IMG/VR virus record: IMGVR_UViG_3300032287_003622
Location: 1 to 64,000 of that record
Origin: a virus
Reading direction: 5' to 3' (one strand)
Length of the DNA stretch: 64,000 bases
Both the position numbers and the translations under genes were made by a program. Shown in pieces: positions 40,107-49,023 of this stretch; the first letter of the stretch is position 1, and every line of letters begins with the position of its first letter. The notes beneath the pieces are model-generated. The model ran no database searches, was not told the origin of the DNA, and saw only the letters and a list, made by a program, of their open reading frames with translations.

Positions 40107-40977
40107 AATAAAAGTTTCGGAAGTTTTTTATAGTTTACAAGGCGAAGGTCGGTTTGTAGGTGTGCCAAGTGTGTTCTTGAGAACATATGGTTGCAACTTT
40201 ACCTGTGCAGGGTTTGGCTGTAAACCCGGCGAAAAAAGCACAGGTGCCGACGAAGTAGCCAAGATTGTTGAGCAGTTTGACAGCTTTGAACGCTTGCCCT
40301 TGGTAGAAACCGGTTGCGATAGTTATGCATCGTGGCATCCGGCATTCAAACATCTCAGTCCCAATTACACCACTGAAGAATTAGTGGACAAGATGTTGGC
40401 ACTCACACCCAACAACGCTTGGGTGCAGAACAATGGCAACGACGTGCATCTCGTGATCACCGGCGGCGAACCTTTGTTGGGCTGGCAACGTGCCTATGGA
40501 GAATTGCTGGGCCACGAACGCATGCAAGATCTGCGTAACATCACTTTTGAAACCAATGGCACACAAGAACTACACAAGGACTTCCGTCACTTTTTACTAG
40601 ACTGGACCTTGAATCCAAAATTTGGAAAACGTGGTAAAGCAACACTTACATTCAGTGTCAGTGCCAAGTTGAGTGCGTCGGGCGAAAAGTGGGAAGATGC
40701 CATATGTCCCGACATCGTGATAAGCTATGCAGAGATTGGACATACATATTTGAAGTTTGTTGTAGAGACTGACGCTCACATCGAGGAGGCCATACGTGCA
40801 ACAGATGAATATCGGCGAGCAGGATTTAAAGGTGTAATTTATTTGATGCCACAAGGTGGTGTAGTCCAGCCTTACGATAGAAACAAACTGAGAATCGCAG
40901 ACATCTGTGTGGAGCAAGGTTGGAACTACAGTCCTAGATTGCATGTAGATTTATGGGGTAACGGATGGGGCAAATGA
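40099..40977 (+). CDS. queE: 7-carboxy-7-deazaguanine synthase (radical SAM)
   Basis: EVFYSLQGEG, FLRTYGCNFTC..(insert)..CDS, ITGGEP, ETNGT, SPRLHV. Confidence 0.93.
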   Translation: MSKIKVSEVFYSLQGEGRFVGVPSVFLRTYGCNFTCAGFGCKPGEKSTGADEVAKIVEQFDSFERLPLVETGCDSYASWHPAFKHLSPNYTTEELVDKMLALTPNNAWVQNNGNDVHLVITGGEPLLGWQRAYGELLGHERMQDLRNITFETNGTQELHKDFRHFLLDWTLNPKFGKRGKATLTFSVSAKLSASGEKWEDAICPDIVISYAEIGHTYLKFVVETDAHIEEAIRATDEYRRAGFKGVIYLMPQGGVVQPYDRNKLRIADICVEQGWNYSPRLHVDLWGNGWGK

Positions 40978-42212
40978 CAAACATTGGATTTATTGGGTTG
41001 GGCAAACTGGGCATGGACGCAGCAGAAGTGTTCGCCCAACATTACAAAGTTCGCGGCTACGATATCTTGCCAAGAACATCAGACACAGTTGAGGTGTGTG
41101 ATATTCGAGAAGTAGTGCAGGCCAGCGATTGGATTTTTGTTGCTGTGCCTACTCCGCATGCTGAGGGCTACGATGGTTCAGTTCCGTCAAGTCATATGAC
41201 TCCCCGAGACTTTGGACACGACGCTGTGCAAGACAGTTTGATCAAGATAAATCACTTTGCGACCACACCCAAAAAAGTAGTGTTAATCAGCACTGTGTTG
41301 CCAGGCACCACCAGACAACGTTTTGTAGGACTGTTAAACAAACAACATCAATTCTTGTATAATCCTTACTTGATTGCCATGGGATCAGTCAAATGGGACA
41401 TGGTCAATCCAGAAATGATCATGATTGGCACCGAACATGGAGATCGCACTGAACTGGCCGAAGAACTGGTAGAACTTTACCGCCCTATGGTTCAAAACAA
41501 TCCCAGATTTGAAATCGGGACCTGGGAAGAGTGCGAAGCCATCAAGATATTTTACAACACGTTTATCAGCGCCAAGGTTGGATTGGTCAACATGATACAA
41601 GATTTTGCCCAACGCATAGGAAACATCAATGTAGATGTGGTGACCTCGGCCTTAGCACGTAGCACCATGCGTATCATGGGACCCAAGTATATGACCGCAG
41701 GCATGGGCGATGCCGGTGCTTGCCATCCCCGAGACAACATAGCCCTGCGCTGGTTGGCCGAAGAATATGATATTGGTTATGACTTGTTTGATACCATCAT
41801 GTTGGCACGAGAACAACAGGCTCGCAATCTTGCCCGATTCTTGATCGAGCTAGCCAACAAGCACAATTTGCCCGTGGTCATCCACGGCAAAGCCTACAAA
41901 CCCGATGTGCCTTACTGCATCGGCAGTTATTCGACCTTGATCGGGCACTATGTTCAAGAGCTGGGTCAGCAAATATTTTACGTCGACCCTTTAGCCGATG
42001 ATCAGACATCAGTGGTCTCAGATGTAGACCGTGCCGTGGTGCTCATGGCACACAATCGATCTGTGACCTACAACTATGTAGACGGAGATCATACCGATCA
42101 TTTTTATTATGATATCAAGCCCGGTAGCGTGATAGTCGACCCTTGGCGCCAACTGCCTCTGGACCTGTTGGGTATGACCGTGATACATTACGGAAATACT
42201 CGTCGAAAATGA
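40974..42212 (+). CDS. UDP-glucose 6-dehydrogenase family protein
   Basis: GLGKLG, AVPTP, STVLPGT, GDAGACHPRD, GKAYKP. Confidence 0.9.
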   Translation: MTNIGFIGLGKLGMDAAEVFAQHYKVRGYDILPRTSDTVEVCDIREVVQASDWIFVAVPTPHAEGYDGSVPSSHMTPRDFGHDAVQDSLIKINHFATTPKKVVLISTVLPGTTRQRFVGLLNKQHQFLYNPYLIAMGSVKWDMVNPEMIMIGTEHGDRTELAEELVELYRPMVQNNPRFEIGTWEECEAIKIFYNTFISAKVGLVNMIQDFAQRIGNINVDVVTSALARSTMRIMGPKYMTAGMGDAGACHPRDNIALRWLAEEYDIGYDLFDTIMLAREQQARNLARFLIELANKHNLPVVIHGKAYKPDVPYCIGSYSTLIGHYVQELGQQIFYVDPLADDQTSVVSDVDRAVVLMAHNRSVTYNYVDGDHTDHFYYDIKPGSVIVDPWRQLPLDLLGMTVIHYGNTRRK

Positions 42213-42442
42213 GCCCTATACCAGAACACATTGGTCGTTTAGATGGAGGTTTTTACATTCGAGCTGAATGGCGATTGTGTAGAGTGCTATGGCCACATCG
42301 TTGTGAACTCACAGGACGTAGGTTGTGGCCAGGAACCTTGGCCTATCGTGGTCGTGCTGAGTGGCATGGTCCAGGAACTCCAGTGGTAGAAGAACATTGG
42401 CACAACAAAGTAGAACATTTAATATGGCAACTAAAGGAGTAA
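42209..42442 (+). CDS. Hypothetical protein
   Basis: ATGA-coupled ORF. Confidence 0.6.
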   Translation: MSPIPEHIGRLDGGFYIRAEWRLCRVLWPHRCELTGRRLWPGTLAYRGRAEWHGPGTPVVEEHWHNKVEHLIWQLKE

Positions 42443-42444
42443 TC

Positions 42445-43407
42445 ATGAATAAAATGACAATTTGGCCCCTTTGGGCCTCGGCAGTATTGATCACTTGGTT
42501 ATACTTGATCTTGACTGGGCCAGGATTCGCTCTCTATGACACACACTGGCTTTATGCCTTGATGATGGTATTTGGAAGTGCTGTAGCTGGATTCACTCCC
42601 GAAGGTGGTGGGGCTGTGGCATTTCCTATTTTGAGTTTGTATTTTAATATTACTGCTCCAGCAGCCAGAGATTTTAGTTTAGCCATACAAAGTATTGGCA
42701 TGGTATCAGCAGCCATATGGATTCTCACACGCAAAGGACACAGTCTACACACCTTTAGACACATACCATTTTATGCGGCTGTGAACATGCTGGGATTTGT
42801 GATAATGACTGCGGTGGCTGGTGCCTTTGCTTTCAAGACCATACAGATGTTGTTTGTTAGTTTGGCCTTGGCCTTTATTGTGGCCTACTTGATCAGCCGT
42901 GGTCGCAGCACTGTGGATGATGTTGAGCTCAAAGGATCTCGATTTGTCAGTTTCATGATATTTTCATTCGTTGGCGGCTGTGCGTCCGCCATGTTTGGTA
43001 CCGGAAGTGATATGTTGATCTATATTGCTTTGACCTGTTACTATGGCATGAAAGAAAAGATCAGCACCGACATCAGCATTGTTCTCATGGCCGTAATCAC
43101 GGTATTTGGTATTGCTTATAGAGGTCTATTCCTGGATGCTGTGCATCCAGACGTTTATTTGATGTGGCTGGCAGCTGCACCGGTGGTTTTGTTTTTCGCA
43201 CCATTTGGCAATATCCTGTTGGGATGGGTAAAAAAAGAAACCATGCTGTATACTGTGCTTGCCATGAATGCTGTGAATTATTTTTACTTTATAAGCAAGA
43301 ATATAAATTTAATTGTGCCTACAACTATTGCACTTGTGTCATTTGTTGCACTATTTGTTGCCAGCTTTTATGTCAAAAGACTAAGGAAAAAAAATGAAAC
43401 TGTTTGA
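42445..43407 (+). CDS. TauE/SafE-family membrane transporter
   Basis: Multiple TM helices; AGFTPEGGGAVAFP; SAMFGTG. Confidence 0.82.
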   Translation: MNKMTIWPLWASAVLITWLYLILTGPGFALYDTHWLYALMMVFGSAVAGFTPEGGGAVAFPILSLYFNITAPAARDFSLAIQSIGMVSAAIWILTRKGHSLHTFRHIPFYAAVNMLGFVIMTAVAGAFAFKTIQMLFVSLALAFIVAYLISRGRSTVDDVELKGSRFVSFMIFSFVGGCASAMFGTGSDMLIYIALTCYYGMKEKISTDISIVLMAVITVFGIAYRGLFLDAVHPDVYLMWLAAAPVVLFFAPFGNILLGWVKKETMLYTVLAMNAVNYFYFISKNINLIVPTTIALVSFVALFVASFYVKRLRKKNETV

Positions 43408-43780
43408 TCGTTTTTTGAAAAAGAAACCCGAAACAAAAAAAGAAACACCACCTCCCAAACCCAAAAAGTCCGAAAAAGAATTGGCCACCGAACGTGGCGA
43501 ACCTTATGTGTCTATACTCAGCATGGAAATTGATCCAGAAAACATGCAGAGTGGTGCATTTGAGCTAGACTGGAACGAAAAATTTGTAGCTAATCTGATA
43601 CGTGCTGGCTATCAAATGGATGCCAAAGATACCGACTCTGACATAGTGGATCGTTGGTTTACAGCAGTGTGTCGTAACATCGTTCTTGAAACCTACGAGC
43701 AATACGAAGCTATGAATCCCGAGCGAGACAGATTGATCAAGACCCGTGATTTAGGTGATGGCAGATCGGAAGTATCATGA
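43394..43780 (+). CDS. Hypothetical phage protein
   Basis: 128 aa; GAFELDWNEKF. Confidence 0.75.
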   Translation: MKLFDRFLKKKPETKKETPPPKPKKSEKELATERGEPYVSILSMEIDPENMQSGAFELDWNEKFVANLIRAGYQMDAKDTDSDIVDRWFTAVCRNIVLETYEQYEAMNPERDRLIKTRDLGDGRSEVS

Positions 43781-44310
43781 TATTCAATCACATCAAACAA
43801 CTACATGCCGAAGGTAAAAAGATCGGCATCACATTTTCAACATTTGACATGTTGCATGCTGGACACATAGCCATGCTATCAGAAGCCAAAAATCATTGCG
43901 ATTATCTAATTTGTGGTTTACAAACTGATCCAACTATAGATCGTCCTGATACCAAGAATCGTCCGGTGCAGAGCATAGTGGAACGTCAGATACAGTTGGC
44001 CGCTTGCCGTTATGTTGACGAAGTGGTGGTCTACCAAACCGAACAGGACTTGGTGGACTTGTTGCTGATCCTGCCCGTGGATGTGCGTATCCTGGGCGTG
44101 GAATACGAAGATAAAGCATTCACAGGCAAACAAGAATGCTGGCAACGCGGCATTGAAATTGTTTACAACGGGCGTGATCACTCGTTCAGCTCCAGCAGTC
44201 TGCGCAAACGGGTGGCACAGGCCGAAAGCGAAAGATTGCTCAAAAACGGCCCGGTTGAGAAGGATCTAGAGATTCCTATCAATCCACAAGACTATATCCA
44301 ACTGAGATGA
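43777..44310 (+). CDS. Cytidylyltransferase (TagD-like)
   Basis: STFDMLHAGH, GLQTD, YVDEV, FSSSSLR. Confidence 0.9.
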   Translation: MIFNHIKQLHAEGKKIGITFSTFDMLHAGHIAMLSEAKNHCDYLICGLQTDPTIDRPDTKNRPVQSIVERQIQLAACRYVDEVVVYQTEQDLVDLLLILPVDVRILGVEYEDKAFTGKQECWQRGIEIVYNGRDHSFSSSSLRKRVAQAESERLLKNGPVEKDLEIPINPQDYIQLR

Positions 44311-44933
44311 TTTTATACGTCAATGGTGACAGTCACAGTTTGGGCATCAACCTCGAAACCAAAGATACCTATGCGGCACGTGTGTCACACGCACTGGAAC
44401 TGGAGCTGATAAATCATGCCACTATTGGTGCCAGCAATCAACGCATATTGAGAACCACTCATGAATATCTAGAAAACAACACTTCGGATTTGATCATAAT
44501 AGGATGGAGCACCTGGGAGCGTGAAGAATGGCAAGACGCTGACAGATACTATGATGTCAACAGTTCTGGTTCAGATCATTTGCCTAAATATTTGCAAGAG
44601 AAATATAAAATCTGGGTTACTCAACAAGATGCTGATACCATGGACGCCAAATCAAGAATGTGGCATGAAAAAATTTATCAATTACACACCGATCTATGTT
44701 TGAGACAAATACCGCATGTGTTTTTCAATTGCATGTATAATTTTTTCTCTATCAAACAGCCGCTAGATTGGAAAAATTGCTACATAGGTCCTTATGAAAA
44801 TGAACGTAGTTTTTATTGGTATCTATGCAATCAGGGTTACAAAACAGATACCTGGTATCATCATGGAGCACAGGCACATGGTGCCTGGGCAGACTTGTTG
44901 TTAGATCACCTAGACCGTTACGAAATCCTATGA
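44307..44933 (+). CDS. SGNH/GDSL-like hydrolase or acyltransferase
   Basis: NGDSHS, GASN, DTWYHHG. Confidence 0.7.
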   Translation: MILYVNGDSHSLGINLETKDTYAARVSHALELELINHATIGASNQRILRTTHEYLENNTSDLIIIGWSTWEREEWQDADRYYDVNSSGSDHLPKYLQEKYKIWVTQQDADTMDAKSRMWHEKIYQLHTDLCLRQIPHVFFNCMYNFFSIKQPLDWKNCYIGPYENERSFYWYLCNQGYKTDTWYHHGAQAHGAWADLLLDHLDRYEIL

Positions 44934-45634
44934 TACTTTACACCAACGGAGATAGTCATACCGCAGCTGCCGAAGCTGTAAATCCGCATGCCTTTGCCGA
45001 AGATGATTCACAGTATTTCTATATGGGACGAGCTCCACATCCTGACAACCTGGCCGCGAGTTGGAGCAAGCTATTGGCCAATACACTGAATGCCGGACTC
45101 AAATGTGAAGCAGAAAGTGGAAGTTCCAATGCCCGGATAATGAGATCCACACGCGATTGGTTGCAACAACATGGCAAAGATTTTGATCATCTGCTGGTGA
45201 TTATTCAATGGAGCACCTGGGAGCGTGAAGAATGGTTGAACCAAGGGCAATATCTGCAGGTAGGAGCCAGTGGCACCGATCATGTTCCTCAAGAACTGCA
45301 AGAACGATACAAAAATTATGTGATTGGCACAGACTGGAATCAAAAAACTCAGCAAGCACACGACGACGTTTGGGCCTTCCATCTCGAACTCAGTGAAAAA
45401 CGGATACCACATATATTTTTCAATGGCAACAATGATTTCAGCAAAATCAACTATAAAAAGGACTGGGGAGTCAGCTACATAGGACCTTACGATCCCAAAA
45501 TGACCTATGATGCCATAATCCGAGCACAAGGCATAGACACAGTTGCACCCAATTCCTGGCATTTTGGACGCGATGGCCATAGCTATTTTCACCGTTTTGT
45601 GTTACAATATATTATTTCTAACAAATTCATCTAA
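44930..45634 (+). CDS. SGNH/GDSL-like protein (paralog of the upstream gene)
   Basis: NGDSHT, GSSN, shared WSTWEREEW, SWHFG. Confidence 0.7.
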   Translation: MILYTNGDSHTAAAEAVNPHAFAEDDSQYFYMGRAPHPDNLAASWSKLLANTLNAGLKCEAESGSSNARIMRSTRDWLQQHGKDFDHLLVIIQWSTWEREEWLNQGQYLQVGASGTDHVPQELQERYKNYVIGTDWNQKTQQAHDDVWAFHLELSEKRIPHIFFNGNNDFSKINYKKDWGVSYIGPYDPKMTYDAIIRAQGIDTVAPNSWHFGRDGHSYFHRFVLQYIISNKFI

Positions 45635-45643
45635 GGCGGTTGT

Positions 45644-46654
45644 ATGAAGTATGTGCTGATTGACACAGCAAACATGTTCTTTCGTGCAAGACACGGTGCT
45701 TTTCGCGCCAGTGACACCTGGGAAAAATTAGGCTTTGCTCTGCATGTCACGTTAATGGCCGCCAACAAGGTGGCCCGACGCTTTGAGGCGGATCACGTGG
45801 TTTTTGCATTAGAGGGTCGTAGCTGGCGCAAGGACTTGTATAAACCCTACAAAAACAACCGTGCCGTGGCCCGTGCTGCACTCACAGAAAACGAGCTAGA
45901 AGAAGATAAAATGTTTTGGGAAACCTATGACGCTTTGACTAAATACTTGAGCGACAGGACCAATTGCAGCGTTATACGGTGTCCGACCGCAGAAGGCGAC
46001 GATATCATAGCTCGCTGGATTGCACTACATCCCCAAGATGAACATGTTATAATTAGCAGTGACACTGATTTTGTTCAGCTAGTTGCCGCGAACGTCAAGC
46101 AGTATAACGGAATCACCGACGAATTGATCACTCTAGAAGGAATCTTTGATGCCAAAGGAAAATCGGTCATCGACAAGAAAACAAAAGAAGCCAAGCAAAT
46201 CCCAGATCCGCAGTGGTTACTTTTCGAAAAGTGCATGCGAGGCGATAGCAGCGACAATGTGTTCTCTGCTTTTCCAGGCGTCCGTACTCGGGGAACTAAA
46301 AACAAGGTCGGCCTCCAAGAAGCCTTTGAGGACAAAAACAAAAAAGGCTATGCCTGGAACAACTTGATGTTGCAACGCTGGACCGACCCCGACGGTGTAG
46401 AACATCGTGTGTTGGATGATTATGAAAGGAATCGCACTTTGATTGATCTCACTGAACAACCCGAAAAGGTCAAGGCTGTAGTAGACAGTGCCATACGTGA
46501 ACAGATCAGTCACAAGGACGTGGGCCAGGTGGGAGTCAGGTTCATGCAGTTTTGTGGAAAATATGAACTTAACAAATGCAGTGAATCCGCAGAAAGTTTT
46601 GGTCGTTGGATGAATCAAACATACAAAGGAGTTCTCAATGAAATTGATAGCTAA
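45644..46654 (+). CDS. 5'-3' exonuclease / T4 RNase H-like flap nuclease
   Basis: LIDTAN, SWRK..YK.NR, EGDDII, SSDTDFVQL, GDSSDNV. Confidence 0.92.
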   Translation: MKYVLIDTANMFFRARHGAFRASDTWEKLGFALHVTLMAANKVARRFEADHVVFALEGRSWRKDLYKPYKNNRAVARAALTENELEEDKMFWETYDALTKYLSDRTNCSVIRCPTAEGDDIIARWIALHPQDEHVIISSDTDFVQLVAANVKQYNGITDELITLEGIFDAKGKSVIDKKTKEAKQIPDPQWLLFEKCMRGDSSDNVFSAFPGVRTRGTKNKVGLQEAFEDKNKKGYAWNNLMLQRWTDPDGVEHRVLDDYERNRTLIDLTEQPEKVKAVVDSAIREQISHKDVGQVGVRFMQFCGKYELNKCSESAESFGRWMNQTYKGVLNEIDS

Positions 46655-47096
46655 ACCAGTAATAGACAAACAATTTTGGATCTTGCAAGACGGCAATCAA
46701 AAAATTGGTAACATAGAAGCCTGTGCCGGGGGCTACCAAGTTAAAATCCGCAATCAAGTGGCACAGTTCAAGACCATCAAGATGGCGGCCAGAACTGTGA
46801 ATATAGAATTTGAACCGGCTGTGAAAAAATCACAATCAAAACCTAGCACAGATTCGGTACATGGATATCCAGTTGCAGGACGTGTTCATAATCCCATGTG
46901 GGACGTTCCACAACAATTGCCCGTCTACACCAAGACAGCCAAAAGTAAATCGTGGTTCGCAGCCGGTTGGTACAACGTCAAGCGAGGAAGACAGTGGCGG
47001 ACCATACATGCTCCCAAACTGATCATGTTGCAACGCTATCCCTACCAAGGACCTTTCCAATCCGAGCAAGAGGCCAATGACCATACATCTCAATAA
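46638..47096 (+). CDS. Hypothetical phage protein
   Basis: 152 aa; SD AAGGAG. Confidence 0.75.
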   Translation: MKLIAKPVIDKQFWILQDGNQKIGNIEACAGGYQVKIRNQVAQFKTIKMAARTVNIEFEPAVKKSQSKPSTDSVHGYPVAGRVHNPMWDVPQQLPVYTKTAKSKSWFAAGWYNVKRGRQWRTIHAPKLIMLQRYPYQGPFQSEQEANDHTSQ

Positions 47097-47286
47097 ATTT
47101 GTTGATCGTGTGCGGGGTCATGAGTCGCGTGGTGCACGAGACTTTGTGATGAGCATGGCCGATGCCAAGGATCTACATGCGGACATCACACGACTGTTGG
47201 CAGAACTGGTTTCCTTGCGATCACAGCTGGAACAACAACAAGATACGCAGGTCATTACCGTAAAAATGAACGGGGGCAGTTTCTAA
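47077..47286 (+). CDS. Hypothetical protein
   Basis: 69-aa coiled-coil ORF. Confidence 0.65.
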   Translation: MTIHLNKFVDRVRGHESRGARDFVMSMADAKDLHADITRLLAELVSLRSQLEQQQDTQVITVKMNGGSF

Positions 47287-47331
47287 ATCTACATATATTT
47301 TGGCATAAATAACATGTAGGAGTTTAATGCC

Positions 47332-47619
47332 ATGAGCCGACCCAAACCCAGTGTCATAATCGAACACGCCAACAAAAGCACATACAAAACCGAGCAGGTC
47401 CTGGCCAGCGAAGGTGTATGGGCGGTTTTCTATGATTCACGTCCCATCAATCTAAAAACTTCAAATCTCTTGGTGCAATATCCTGGGCCCAAATACAAAA
47501 AAGTAAGTTTCAGCAATCCCGGGCATGCCCGTAACTTGGCCCGCAGACTCAACACACAATTCAAGACCGACAAGTTCACAGTGGTTCTGCTTAAATCGGG
47601 CGATCAGGTCTATCCTTGA
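47332..47619 (+). CDS. Hypothetical phage protein
   Basis: CATAAATA motif and SD AGGAG; GPKYKKVSFSNPGHA. Confidence 0.8.
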   Translation: MSRPKPSVIIEHANKSTYKTEQVLASEGVWAVFYDSRPINLKTSNLLVQYPGPKYKKVSFSNPGHARNLARRLNTQFKTDKFTVVLLKSGDQVYP

Positions 47620-47620
47620 T

Positions 47621-47992
47621 GTGCGAGACAAAAGAAAACTGACCGAACAATTGGTGCGCCAACTGGACCCAGATCTGGGCATAACAGCCAAATTGGCCAT
47701 GCACACCTGGTGGTTCAATATAAGAAAAACTGGAGGCATGCGACTGACCGGCCCAGGTTATCGTGTGTTTACCGAAGAGTTGGATCTGTCCCGTTACGAA
47801 TTTGCCATACCTGACCCACATCAATTCAATCAACACGTGATCCTGGATTTAGATAGGAAAATGCAAATGCCTTACTATATTTCGGCCACCAAAGGCATAC
47901 CCAAAAAAATTGTGTTTTTTGGAAGCAAAGAAGCGGTCATGGTAAACTTATATGGTAATCTCAAACAATTTCTTGACAACTACCGGCCTTGA
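47621..47992 (+). CDS. Hypothetical phage protein (start uncertain)
   Basis: WWFNIRKTGGMRLTGPG; GTG start after the upstream stop. Confidence 0.65.
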   Translation: MRDKRKLTEQLVRQLDPDLGITAKLAMHTWWFNIRKTGGMRLTGPGYRVFTEELDLSRYEFAIPDPHQFNQHVILDLDRKMQMPYYISATKGIPKKIVFFGSKEAVMVNLYGNLKQFLDNYRP

Positions 47993-48001
47993 TGCTATAC
48001 T
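47973..48001 (+). promoter_or_regulatory. Sigma70 promoter for the tRNA
   Basis: TTGACA-17-TATACT, 8 nt upstream of the tRNA. Confidence 0.8.
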
Positions 48002-48009
48002 GTAAATCA

Positions 48010-48097
48010 GGGCCGAACGCCGTATGGTTTGCAGGCACCGGCCTCATAAGCCGGCTCAGAAATGACACTGTGGGTTCAAATCCCTCTCGGCCCACCA
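48010..48097 (+). tRNA. tRNA with CAU anticodon and an atypical long variable arm
   Basis: Acceptor GGGCCGA/UCGGCCC-ACCA; CCGGC-CUCAUAA-GCCGG; UCA-GAAA-UGA extra arm; UUCAAAU T-loop. Confidence 0.85.
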
Positions 48098-48110
48098 AAA
48101 CAAGGTAAAT

Positions 48111-48293
48111 ATGATGACCGTGGAACAGCAAAAGAAGCAGCCAGTAGAAAGTTATTACTACTCCGAAGACGAGTGGAACAGGCTGGGTTGTGGCCCATTG
48201 CCACCCGAACGTGATCGTGCTCGCCAACTTGAAAATGTGGCCGCACGAGGCAATCCTGTCATTGACGGCAAAAACATCAAAGGGTATAATTAA
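48111..48293 (+). CDS. Small hypothetical protein
   Basis: 60 aa; SD AAGG. Confidence 0.55.
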   Translation: MMTVEQQKKQPVESYYYSEDEWNRLGCGPLPPERDRARQLENVAARGNPVIDGKNIKGYN

Positions 48294-48577
48294 CATGTGG
48301 TTGATATTTTTTGCATTCATGGCCATAGTGATTTGCTATGGTATTATGTGGTTGAATGAACATCAGGACGAACAATGAACATATCTAAAAACATTCCCTG
48401 GGCGGCCATTGCGGCCCTGGCAGTATTTGTGGCCATGGGGGTTGTGGCTCACTTGTTTGGTAAATGAAATGAATCAAGATCTCAGTTTTGCCATTGGTGT
48501 AGTTGTGGTAGCTATTGTGTTTTTATTGATTTTATAGTTTCCACGTTTGACCAAACGTGGTGGTAGGACGGGCCCGA

Positions 48578-48606
48578 TTGACAAATAAATAGGTGTGTCG
48601 TATAAT
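48578..48606 (+). promoter_or_regulatory. Sigma70 consensus promoter of the tmRNA
   Basis: TTGACA-17-TATAAT. Confidence 0.85.
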
Positions 48607-48612
48607 ATTAAA

Positions 48613-48867
48613 GAATTGTAGTTTAATGCCTTGACAGAAAGGTGTTGCGGACTCGGGGGCAGTGCCCGACGGGTCCACCATAAGAGCATACTGTGTTTTT
48701 ATGATGGGCCCGACACAGTTTCGACGTGGCAACAAGTATGAACAGGATCTACACAGTAGGCGATGACTGTAAATCAAGCAAACCTAAATAACCGCTAATG
48801 ATGAGTTATTTCTAGCAGCCGCTTGATCGGTATGCGTGAGCAACTATGCTTAGAAACAGAAAATAGC
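48613..48867 (+). ncRNA. ssrA: Circularly permuted two-piece tmRNA; tag ANDELFLAAA
   Basis: Acceptor piece ends CGGGUCC-ACCA at 48680; coding piece starts GGGCCCG at 48706 giving the G3-U70 pair; tag frame 48794-48826; outer ends approximate. Confidence 0.9.
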
Positions 48868-48891
48868 AATAGGGCCTTCGGGCCCTATTTT
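48868..48891 (+). terminator. Rho-independent terminator
   Basis: AATAGGGCC-TTCG-GGCCCTATT followed by T residues. Confidence 0.9.
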
Positions 48892-49023
48892 GTTGACCAT
48901 AATAGACTCAGTTTACTCTAAATACCCGCAAAACCCCTGTAATTTTTGTTGGCCGTCAGTGAAAACCACTAAATAACTTGTTGGGTGTTCACCCAGCATT
49001 CTTTTAAAAGGAAAATCTCAAGC

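Noticed and set aside
48474-48777. Minus-strand ORFs from the track
   Set aside because: They are antisense to the tmRNA and its promoter.
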